From positions 2,181,680-2,245,679 of the forward strand of contig OZ037767.1 in the NCBI GenBank assembly GCA_964035545.1: DNA of 64,000 nucleotides. Direction: 5' to 3'. Below, in pieces: positions 28,818 to 40,800 of the stretch (positions within the stretch are counted from its first letter, which is position 1; every line of letters begins with the position of its first letter). The notes below the pieces were generated by a model. That model was not told the DNA's origin, ran no database searches, and worked only from the letters and a program-made list of their open reading frames with translations. The DNA comes from Bugula neritina (Eukaryota; Animalia; Bryozoa). The translations under genes were made by a program, and so were the position numbers.

Positions 28818-31800
28818 ATGTCTCAGGCAAATAAATCCAAAGAGGAATTACAAAAACTAAGAGTAGTTGATCTCAGGAAAGAACTTTCGTCTCTTTCTTT
28901 GCCCACAGCAGGTAAACTTAAAGGCATACCCGTACCGCATAAGATTAAGTCTGTCTGTCTTGTCAGTTGTCACAGGTCACTTTAACTTTCGCTTTCAGTT
29001 TCACTCTAACGCAGACTTACGGTTACTTTTCCTCAGAGTCAGTCACTCAAACTGCAAGTTGCAGTTACACTCACATTGAAACTGAATGACTGTAAATCAG
29101 TAAGACTTAGACTAATAAGTAAGTTAAACTTAAAGTTAAAGTTTGATTTCATGAGTTCATGTTATTTCAAATTGGATTTGATTTTCATGACATGCACTCT
29201 TCAGTTTCACATTGACTCAAAGTGATTGATATATTGATCATATTGATATTAATATTCATATTGAAAGTCACTGTTAGTGTTATACTTAGTCTTATGCTAA
29301 TACTTATAGTTATTGTGCCGATGCTTGAATGTCTATAATAATTTAATTTCTTATACAAATTATACGAATTTATTATTAATTGATAATGCAATAATTATAA
29401 TAAATCATCAGATAATCATAATGAATACTGTGTGATTGGTGCGTAAGAGTACAACAAAGTTGGATTGAGTCTAAGCTGATAATTATCGTGATTTATTTCA
29501 ATTCTAGCTAGTAGGAAAATCCCCGAGCTCAACGAGTCTCGCGGTGAATAATAGCGAGTCAAACAACACAACATCCCCCTTTCTAAGTGGGTTACAAAAA
29601 ACATTTATATGTAATTACGTATGCTATTAATTAAGATTGACAATAGTAAGTGAAGGTTAACAATAGTGAGAAAAAACATGACAATATGTATTTTTATGAT
29701 TGTTCCATAGAAGGCACGAGTGTCTCCGTGGTTAGATCGTCTGGATGTTAATTCATCACATAGTCATCAAATCTCCGGGGCAATCTTCGCTCTCTGGATA
29801 GAGCACAAAACCTACCCGGAACCGTTGGACTGGCTGTATGGGCTAAAGACGTACCCGAGCCCTCTGCGACCAATGTTCCGGGTGCCTGCGTTCCTGATGG
29901 ATTGGCTTTTTTGTTAGCTTTTGGACCAAGCACCTCTGCACCCATAGGAACCGGCGGAGGAGCATTTGGTTCAAGCACCGCGGGGTCCTCTTCCCGAAGA
30001 TCTACCAACGCACTTCTGTTTCGGCGTATAACTCCTGTTTCAGTTTTAACCGTGTATGAGTGTGGAGCTACACTTGCCAGAACTGTGCCCTGTTTCTTAG
30101 TGTCTCTGACATAGACGGGTGAACCTTGAGAAAGTTCAGGCAACAGAGTGGCTTTGTGCCGTTGGTTGTAGTTATTCATGGTCCTTAGATTTATGTGTTG
30201 TTCCTTCTCAGCAATGTTTGGTGGCTTGTGAACCACTCGGGTTTCAGGCATGGAGGGTAGAGTAGTTCGAAGTAGCCTATTCATCAAAAGTTCTGAAGGA
30301 GTGAATCCGTTTTCGAGTGGGGTAGCTCTATAGGTTAATAGGCTTAGGTATGGATCTGTAGTTTTGCTCCACAGACGCTTTACTGTTCCTACCGCTCTCT
30401 CAGCTTCGCCATTGGCTTTTGGATATTTTGGAGAGCTGGTCACGTGTTGAAAACCATAACTCTTGGCAAATTCTTGGAACTCCCTAGAGCTGAACTGAGG
30501 TCCATTGTCAGAAATGAATACCTCGGGAATTCCATGAGTTGAGAAGATGGATTTAACTTTGTCCACAGTGAATGCTGACGACAGTGAGTCTAATCTCCTA
30601 ACTTCTATGTATCTGCTATGATAATCGACCACTAACAGATAGTTCTTTTTCTGGAACTCGAACAGGTCTGCACCTAACTTTATCCAGGGTTTAGATGGCA
30701 AGGTGGATGGCTGCAGAGGCTCCACCGGGGTCGGTGAGTTAATTCTGCACTGTCGACACCCCTGTACCATTTCTTTTATTTGTTTAGACATTCCCGGCCA
30801 CCAGATAGCTCTTCTGGCTCTTGCCTGGCATTTTACTATTCCTTGATGGGCCTGGTGAATGCGGTCAAGCAGTTTTAGTCTTAAGTTGCTAGGGATGACT
30901 AGCCGCTGATCATATAAGAGAAGGCCTTTAGATTGTGTCAAATGTCCTTTGACATCCCAGTAAGGGTGTACTGCTGTGTGGGCATCTGTTTTATATGTAG
31001 GCCATCCTTTTATGATGAGGTTCTGGACCTCTTGGCACACGGCATCTAGTTGTTGTGCCTCCTTGATTTCTTCGATCATCGGATCTATCGAAGGTATAAT
31101 GGAAGTGCTAGCTTCTAGCTCTTCAACCAGCATCACATCTATGCGAGATGGTATACCAGAGGGTGCTCGCGACAATGCATCTGCTACGTGGTTGCGAGAC
31201 CCTGGGATATACTCTATTTTTGGAGCATACCTCATGAGCCGCAGTCTCAATCGGAGAATCCTGGCTGGCACTTGGTCTAAGTCTTTTACACCCATAAGCC
31301 TAACCAAAGGCTTGTGATCCGTCTCTAGAGTGAAAGGTAATCCTCTTAAAAACTGATCAAGCTTGTTGCATGCCCAAGCCATTGCCAATGCCTCCTTTTC
31401 TATTGCGGCGTAATTTTGTTCCACTGAGGTTAAAGACCTTGATGCATAGTATACTGGCCTCCTTGTCCCATCCTTTTGTATTTGGAACATAGCAGCTCCA
31501 AGTCCAGTGTTGCTAGCATCAGTGGCAACAATTGTTTTCAGCTTGGGATCATAGTGTGCTATGACCTGAGCAGACATCAGTGTTTGCTTTACCTTTTGGA
31601 AAGCTTCCTCTTGAGGTTGATTCCATGTCCAAGCCTTACTTTCCTTCAGTAACTCTCTCATGGGAGCTGTGATTTCAGACAGGTGAGGGATAAACTTAGC
31701 TAGCTGATTCAGCATACCATTTAGTCGTCTCAACTCTGTCTTACAGGTAGGGGCTGGAAAGTCACGTATTGATGCGACTTTATCCGGGTCAGGGCTGACT

Positions 31801-34800
31801 CCTTTAGCATCGATAATGTGGCCTAAAAACTTCACTTGAGCTTGGCCAATCTCACACTTGTCTTCATTCAATGTGAGTCCTGCTTCTTCCAGTCTGCTTA
31901 AAACCAGCTTTAAGGTTTTATCGTGGCTTTCTGCATCTTTACCATGAACTAGAATATCGTCCATGTGGCAGATGACATTCTCTATGTCGCCTAGTAGTCT
32001 GCACATAGCTCGAGAAAAGATCTCCGGTGCACTAGATATGCCAAATGGAAGTCTGTTGAAACAGAACCGGCCAAAAGGTGTGAGGAAGGTAGTCAGTTTT
32101 CTTGACTCCTTGTCCAAGTGTATTTGCCAGAACCCACTATTGGCATCTAGCTTTGAGAAGATTTTACTTGCCCCCAACAGTCCAATACTTTCATCGACTG
32201 CTGGCATTGGATAGATTTCCCTTCTAACTGCTTTATTCAGGCCAGTCAGGTCCACACAGACGCGTACATCTCCTGATGGTTTGAGGACTGGGACCATTCC
32301 ACTACACCACTCTGTAGCTTCTGTTACGGGAGAGATAACTCCTTGTTGTGCCATCTCATCTAGCTTTTTCTTGGTTTTGTCTCGTAATGGAATGGGAATT
32401 TTCCTTGGAGTGTAGATGCATGTTGGCTGGTAATCTGGAATTAGTGATATTCTGTATGAGTATCCCTTGAGTGCTCCAAGGCCTTTAAATAGCTTTGAGA
32501 AGTCTGTGTGAATGTCTTTGGTTATTTCCCCTTGCTGCTTTACTTGGCATGTTATCAGTCCTAACTTTTCACAAGCAGTTCTACTGAGTAGAGAGGTTGA
32601 CTGATTTTGAATTACGTAGGCTGTCTCCTTGTACTTTTGACTTTTATATTGAAGATCTGCCTCAAAAGTTCCTAAGACTTGGAGTTGCTTTCCTCCAGGT
32701 CCATATAAGCGGACTCCTGTAGTTTGCAGTGAAATAGTAGACAGCCACGGTAGTTTGTCACTGACTACTGTGCCATCTGCACCTGTATCGAGCTTGAAAG
32801 TAGTACAGTTACCATTTACTGCTACTTCGGCTTTCCAAGCATCCACAGTTAGGTTTTCTATTTTGAACTCTCCTGTGAACATTATACCGTCGTCATTACT
32901 TGCTTCGGTCACCTCCTGGATGGATCTACTTCTGCATTGCCGCTGGAAGTGGCCCACTTTCTTGCACTTCCTGCATTGAGCATCCTTAGCTGGGCATTCC
33001 GCTTTTGAATGTGGTTCCCTACCGCACCTTTTACAAGAATCCTGGCTGTTTGTAGGCTTGTACATCTGAGAGTTAACTGGCAGCTGGACAGCACCTCCCT
33101 GCTTGCGTGTATTACTTGGTTTGCTTTGCTTATATTTAGGGTAGCTGCTTTGTGCTTTACTTATAGCATCTACAGACCCTGAGCTTGCTCCTTTTGTTAC
33201 ACTTTGCATCACAGTTGAAGTGACTTCACTGCTCCTACAAATACGTACTGCCTGGTCTAGCGTTAAAGTGTTACCTTGAGAAATCAATTTCTTTCTAAGA
33301 GAGTCATCTCTAATTCCTAAAACAATTCGATCTCTCAGCATCTCATTAAATGGTGCTGGTGCCTCATCAGTGGCAGGTCGGTAATTAAATCCACATTTAT
33401 CTGCTAGTGCACGTAATTCTGAGTAAAAAGCATCAAAATTCTCTCCTTGTAATTGACACCTTGTATTAAATTTATAACGTTCGTGCACTATATTTCGTTC
33501 TCCTACACAGTATTGCTCCAAAATGTCTATTATCGCTGCTAGACTCTTATCATTCTGATATTTGTGACTTGACTCTACCACTCGGCATGCATCATCACCA
33601 ATTGTATATAATAGCAATGCTCTCTGGTACTCATCACTTTCCTCCGAAAGTCTAGACAGAATGTAAAACGACTGCCACCGGCTTTTAAATCTTCTGAAGT
33701 TTTGCTCACGCTCACAATTCAAAACGATCTCACCTGGTGGTTCGATTCTGGGTGCATTCCTATGCACAATTATTTGTTGCTGAACTTCTTCATCGCCCAT
33801 TATTAGTTTTAACTGCTGCCACCATGTGTGATTGGTGCGTAAGAGTACAACAAAGTTGGATTGAGTCTAAGCTGATAATTATCGTGATTTATTTCAATTC
33901 TAGCTAGTAGGAAAATCCCCGAGCTCAACGAGTCTCGCGGTGAATAATAGCGAGTCAAACAACACAACAAATACTGCTAAATAATTATATTTATTATATT
34001 TAACATGCCAATATTTACCGTTGTGAAACTGAAAAATATTAATATTGTCACTATTAACTAGTAGTAGTTAGCTAGTATCATAGGCTTACTAACTACTAGT
34101 ACTACTACTAGTAGGAGAAAATTTACACTATAGCATCAACAAATTGCAGCTACATGCTGTAATTGTAAAGATATCTGTTCTTTTCAACTGCCACTGCTTG
34201 ACTGCATATTATCTGCTACATGTAAATACAATTTTAGTCTTTAGCCAAGTGCTGGTTTCACCAGTTTAAATAGTAAGCGCTCAAAAATGCATCATATATC
34301 AGTTATCTGGAATGGTTAGTGCTAAAAGTCAGTGTGTGTATATTAATCTGACTTTTATATTCATATTGTAGGTAAAAAGGATGAGTTGGTACAAAGATTA
34401 TTCAATCATTATAGTTCACAGGCAGAGGTGAGTTTACTATGTAACCTTTGATTTACTTGCTCAAAGATCTCTAAGATGCCCCATGCTCCTTTGCTGCCAG
34501 TTGATGCTTAGGCCTATACAAAACACAAAGCTCTTGAAGTTACTTTGATTAAATTCAAAATTATGTTCAATAGTTTTTTTAATTAGAGCTGTATCATTTG
34601 CTTTGTGATAATTTGTTGCAATTGTTTGTGGAAAATTTGTAGTTTGCTAGTAAAGAATATAAAGGAGCAAACTGAATTCCTTTGTTGGATATAGGAGTAT
34701 AATAAAGTATGAAATCAGTAAATATTTTTCTTGTTTCAGACTGAGGAGAGTTCAGATGAGTCGGCTGATACTCAAAATGAACCTAATTCGTTAGAGGACA

Positions 34801-37800
34801 GTGAAAGGTTAGCTGCAGAAGAAAAGGAGAGGTTAGCTGCAAAAGAAAGAGAAAGGTTAGCTGCAGAAGAAAAGGAAAGGTTAGCTGCAGAAGAAAAGGA
34901 GAGGTTAGCTGCAGAAGAAAGAGAAAGGTTAGCTGCAGAAGAAAGTGAAAGGTTAGCTGCAGAAGAAAGAGAAAGGTTAGCTGCAGAAGAAAGAGAAAGG
35001 TTAGCTGCAGAAGAAAATGAGAGGTTAGCTGCAGAAGAAAAGGAGAGGTTAGCTGCAGAAGAAAAGGAGAGGTTAGCAGCAGAAGAAAAAGAGAGGCTAG
35101 CTGCAGAAGAAAAAGAAAGAGTATTGGCTGAGCAGCAGCAGCAGCTGGCAGCAGAGCAAATGCGCCTGGCTAAAGAGCAAGAAGAGTTGCAGTCTAAAAA
35201 AGCTGCAGAAGACGATGCTTCCAGGGTGAGACGCTGCATTAAACTTTGAAATTCCTGATGTTGTCTGTTGTGTGAGATTCGTTGTAGACCTTTCTTGTGC
35301 TGTATGCAGTCGTGTGGGTGTTTGGTTGTAGGAGCAGCAGATGTTGGCTCTTGTCCAGCAGCAGCAGGAACTCCTGGCACGTCAGAAGTCTGTCCAGGAA
35401 GCTAGCCAGAGACATTCCAGAGTCTTGCAGGAGCAGAGGCAGCAACTGGAAGCAGCGTTGAGGCAAAACAGTGTTTTACAGTCTCAAAACAAAGTGAATA
35501 TTTTATGTACTAAAAGTCTGTATTTCTATCAGTTATTGATTTATAGTAAATATATCATCTGTATAATGCGTGTCTACTGTCTACACTATGTGTATATAAT
35601 CTCCAGGGCAACCAGCAGATCCTAGATCAGCTGCAGCAGCAAAGGAACCAGCTGCTGACGCAAGGAGAAGCCCTGTCTAGTCAACTGAGTACGTTCTCGG
35701 CTCAGAATACGACGTACGTCGACCAGCGGCAGCTGAACGAGCAGATCATCAAGCAGGTGATGGAGCAGGAGCAGCGGCAGGAGTCTGAGCAACAGCGACA
35801 GCTACTGCTAGAGAAGCAGCAGCGGTATCTGGTGGAGCACCAGCAACTCTTGCTCTCTCAGCAGCAGGCTTTAGAGCAGCAAGCTCACAGCGCTGACTTA
35901 CTGCGGCAGCAACAGGTGGCGCTGCTGGAGAGACAGAAAGAGCAAGAGGAAAGAGTTCAGATGTTGAGACAGGAAGCGTTGAACAGAGAGCGGGAGAAAG
36001 AGGAAGCCATGAAAGTGGCGAGGAAACAAGCCGAAGTTGAGGCAGAAATGAGACGGAAGGAACAGGTGAGATATTTCTCTTTCTACCTGCGGACGTCTAG
36101 GCTCTCTGTTTCTGAGATTAGTATCCAAAAGGAAATGTATTTGAAACAAACAAATAATACAGTTAGATGCTTCTCTACCAGACGTCGGAAACATAAAACC
36201 TTGTGAAGCTCCACCTGCAGTCTGTAACTATTATTATCCATTACGCAACTCGTAGTGTGCAGGACTCAACAGCACCTTGGGTTGTGTCCCATTGGTGCTG
36301 TTGAAATAGTCACTAACTCAAATCAAGTGTGTGTATTTCTGCAAAAATAAGAGTGTCCACATTTTAGACTGGCCTCCTTCTCGTTAACCAGTACTTTGTG
36401 TCAACTTTCTTAGTGAAACTCCAACTTGAGTATAAATTGGTTTACTTAGCATGCTGACCATTATATGTCTCTGTCTAGGAGCGGGCAGCAAATGCTGGAG
36501 CCCCGCCTTCTCTGCTGTCAATGGACACTAAACCAGCCACTGCTGGACTCAAACTCACTGCTCCAAGTGATTCAGATGACGAGAAGAAACTGCCCAAGGC
36601 GCTCGAAGATGTGTTGGCCTTGAAGGACATCAGAGCCAAACAGGTAATCTTCTTGTAGTATTTTAGTTTATCCTCTACTATAGTTTTAGTTTACCCTCTA
36701 CTATACTGGAAATGATGGAATTCTAACACAAAAGTTTGAAGTAGCTCAACTTGGATGCTGTCCAGATAATACAGGTCTACTATGCATGCATTGTTTCTGT
36801 TGTACTTCACTTCTATAGTGAATATAAAACGTTCAATAAATTGTATTCTCACTACTTTATTAGAAGCTGTCTTCTCTTTGAGGAAACAAGAAAAACTTCC
36901 AACAAAAACTTTTGAACTGCATAGTTATATTCTGCAATGATTTTGCTTGTTTGATATCAATGTAGTTGAAGGTGCAAAACAACGTGCAAACCTACTTAAT
37001 AGAATTGATCACTATGATTGCGTATGTTATAGGGTTGCACTAAGGCACATTTTCAACTGTATTAAATATTTTATTTTAATATTATTTTTCTATTTCGTTT
37101 TACGATTGATTGTATTAGCACATATTATTAAAAAGCGTTACCAAAACACACTACATTGTTTTGAGAGAAGATTTCCGGTTCAACAATTTTTTGTGGATTA
37201 TTAAAAAGATCCGTTCCGCCTTCATCAGTTGGGAGAAAACACCAGGAGACTCGCTGCTTTTAAAACTTTTATCAGCTGTATATTTCACAAGCTGTTCTTC
37301 ATTTGTTTTGTTTTTCATTTCATAGTTGACCACCTTTGTTTAGCTGCTAGTCTCTAGTTTTGCAGGTTTATGTAAAAGTTAGAAAACTAAGCAGATAATT
37401 AGCTTCAGTGTTTATACATTATTGATATGACACTACACTGTTTCATCATGTGTGTTCAGTCTGCGTGTACTACTGTGTAGGTAGGTGTGTTCAGTCTACG
37501 TGTACTACTGTGTAGGTAGGTGTGTTCAGTCTACGTGTACTACTGTGTAGGTAGGTGTATTCAGTCTGCGTGTACTACTGTGTAGGTAGGTGTGTTCAGT
37601 CTGCGTGTATTACTGTACTGTGTAGGTAGGTGTGTTAAGTCTGCATGTACTACTGTGTAGGTAGGTGTGGAGGACATGGAACAGGCTGTAGAAGAATCTA
37701 GAAGCTCTGTTACAGTAACTCCAGCTGTCGCAGCTCAGAGACCGCTAGGAGACGTCAACGAATATGACGACAATGAAGATGAGGACGAAAAGACTACCTC

Positions 37801-40800
37801 CAAAACCAAAGATGTAAGTGAGAGTGGCTTCCTATAAACTAGGAATGCCTTGTTTATTTATTACCTTTCGGTTTGAAGGAGTTTGAGACTGAAGTAATTC
37901 TCACCGCATTAGATTGTCGTTAACTCTTGCACTTTGTTTATTACTTCATGTTTGTTCTGCTATTTAGTACAACTAGTTGTTAGTTTTACTATTATTTCAT
38001 GCTGGGATATCCTTGACGGTAGTAGCGCCATGTTTGCTGATATTTCCATCACTAACTTCACTGCCGTAGCAGATGTCCCATGACGTCTGTCTGTCTCCAG
38101 TTATCCAGTTGAAATTACTTCCTAATTCACTGCTTTGTTTCACCTATTTATAACAGTTGACTAGTTACTCCGCATTATCTGTAGTCTAAGAATAAAAAAC
38201 GAAAGAAAAAGAGAAAAACAAGAGCAGCACGGAAAGCCGAAGAAAAAGCTGCCGCTGCTGCCAGCTCTGTGAAAAAAGCAGCGGCCGAGGAGGAGTCGGA
38301 GAGCACCGTAGAAGTGGAGTACGTGCAGGAGAAGCCCCTCGTCGACATAACCAACCCTCTCTACAGCCAGTTCCACAAGATATTTGAGGCGTTCAAGATT
38401 GAGGAGACGCAGGAAGTGAAGGCGGAAGACGGTGGCGCAGACGACGACAGTAAAGCAGCGCAGAAGACGGAGTCGGATCCCTCGGTGACTAAGAGAGGTG
38501 CTGCCTTGTTTGGTGAACTGGAGAACGAGGTGAGCTGACGGGCTGATTAGCAGCACGGTTCAGGATATGATGTCATGTTGTGGTCTTGAACTCTGTACCT
38601 GATATTAGCGAGGCAACTATGTAGTATTCGAGTAGGCATGTTATATGTTTGTAGTTCACAACGTGAATGTCTTTGTAATTCAGAGCCACTAGTTTTCTTC
38701 TAGTATTTATTGAAGTTGAAGGAAAATAGAAAGCATATTGTGAGTTGCCAGCTCTTGTACTGAGTGTGAGACTGATATAGTGTATGTACAGTAAAGGGAG
38801 GGCTGGAAGGGGTTATTACTTAAACCCTGTAGCTTACCTTTTCAACAGTTTTCAATTGAGATTTTAACATGAGCTGACCTTGTGACCTGTGTTACTTAGT
38901 GTTGGTGTCTGTTGTGTAGCCTGTGTTACTCAGTGTTGGTGTCTGTTGTGTAGCCTGTGTTACTTAGTGTTGGTGTCTGTTGTGTAGCCTGTGTTACTCA
39001 GTGTTGGTGTCTGTTGTGTAGCCTGTGTTACTTAGTGTTGGTGTCTGTTGTGTAGCCTGTGTTACTCAGTGTTGGTGTCTGTTGTGTAGTTTGTGTTACT
39101 TAGTGTTGGTGTCTGTTGTGTAGCCTGTGTTACTCAGTGTTGGTGTCTGTTGTGTAGCCTATGGAACCAGTGAAGAGGGATACGGGTGCCCTTAGCAAGA
39201 AGCAACTCAAGAAACTCACTCGCATGTCTGTCGCTCAGCTGAAAACGGTCGTCACTCGACCCGACCTCGTGGAGATGCACGACGTGACAGGACCCGATCC
39301 TAAGCTCCTCCTTCATCTCAAGGCCACTCGCAATACAGTAGCTGTGAGTATTCGTCTCTAGTCTACGGTTCTGAGTCATACCTCTAGTCTACAGTTATGA
39401 GTCATACCTCTAGTCTACAGTTCTGTGTCATATCTCTACAGTTCTGAGGCATGTCTCTACAGTTCTGAGGCATGTCTCTACAGTTTTGAGTCATACCTCT
39501 AGTTATGACATCACAGCTTTAGGAAGTTGAATTGCAAGACCCGTGTGCGTAGAGTGGAATCTCACGCTTCTCATCTTTCTCTACACTCCACTCTATTACC
39601 ATTGATCCTGCTCTGTGAATAAAACTTATTGTCTGCGTTTGCTAGGTACCCCGGCACTGGTGCAACAAAAGAAAGTACCTCCAGGGCAAGAGAGGGTTTG
39701 AGAAGCCTCCGTTTGAACTTCCCGACTACATCCAGGCTACCGGCATCATGGAGATGAGGCAGGCCCTAGCTGATAAGGTAACTCCTACTGTTGTGTGTTA
39801 AACTGGAATAATATATGCTGAAGTGTCATAGTATGATAGAGATAACAAGTAGAAATATGTCACAACTTATAACACATTAAGATATAAAGACTTATAATAT
39901 TACATTTGAATAATTAATTGAGTGAATGTTTACTGATCAGAAAATACTATAGCAGAAAACTGCAATGCTTAGTTTTTTTGAGGTTGGCTAATTCAATGGG
40001 TTACAAATGTGTGAATTTCTGAATTGATTTTTTATACCAAGTTTCAATCAGTGTAAAAGGTTGTGTGTCTCTACTTTAAATGGTGTTTTGAAACTCGTGT
40101 TTACAGGAAACCGATAAGAGTCTCAAACAGAAGATGCGAGAGAAAGTGAGACCGAAGATGGGAAAGATAGACATTGACTATCAGAAACTTCACGACGCTT
40201 TCTTCAAATACCAGAGGAAACCGAAGATGACGCTACACGGTGACCTGTACTACGAGGTAAGTTCTGATTGTAGAAAACCTCTACTCTGTATGAGCTTGTC
40301 TTCAGATGGTATTAACTCAGCTGGTTAGGCTTTAGCATAAAGTGTAATCTGCAGGAATTTGATTTAGGGTAAAGCATAGTTTCTGCATAGATTATGCTGT
40401 ATAAAGTGTAATCTACATCGAGTATGTTTTCAGGGCAAAGAGTTTGAAACCCGACTGAGAGAGAAGAAACCAGGCAACCTGTCAGAGGAGCTGAGGACAG
40501 CACTGGGCATGCCCATCGGGGCGGGGGCCGAGAGGTTTCCTCCCCCCTGGCTCATTGCCATGCAGAGATACGGTCCCCCGCCAAGCTACCCCAACCTGAA
40601 GATACCTGGTCTCAACGCCCCCATACCTGAAGGATGCAGCTTTGGCTACCACGCAGGTAGAGTACATTGTCTGGTGTACTGTGTGTGCTTCTTTCACCAA
40701 CTGGTAGACTATGCAGTGTCAGTGTGTCTATTCTGGTTATCTATCTGGTTGTGGTTGTAGGTGGTTGGGGTAAACCCCCGGTGGACGAGACTGGGAAGCC

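Larger units (their letters stand above)
29429..33969 (-). mobile_element. Full-length Ty3/gypsy LTR retrotransposon (Mag-like), 4541 bp, antisense in SF3B2 intron 1
   Basis: Two identical 145-bp TG...CA LTRs, 5-bp TSD AATAC (29424-29428 and 33970-33974), PBS, PPT and one intact gag-pol ORF in PR-RT-RH-IN order. Confidence 0.98.

Noticed and set aside
29720-33094. Short ORFs overlapping gag-pol, considered as env-like or accessory genes
   Set aside because: Antisense or alternate-frame shadows with no recognisable motifs; there is no room for env between pol and the PPT.
34772-35380. 202-aa minus-strand ORF of SSAANLSF repeats
   Set aside because: Antisense shadow of the SF3B2 coding repeat.
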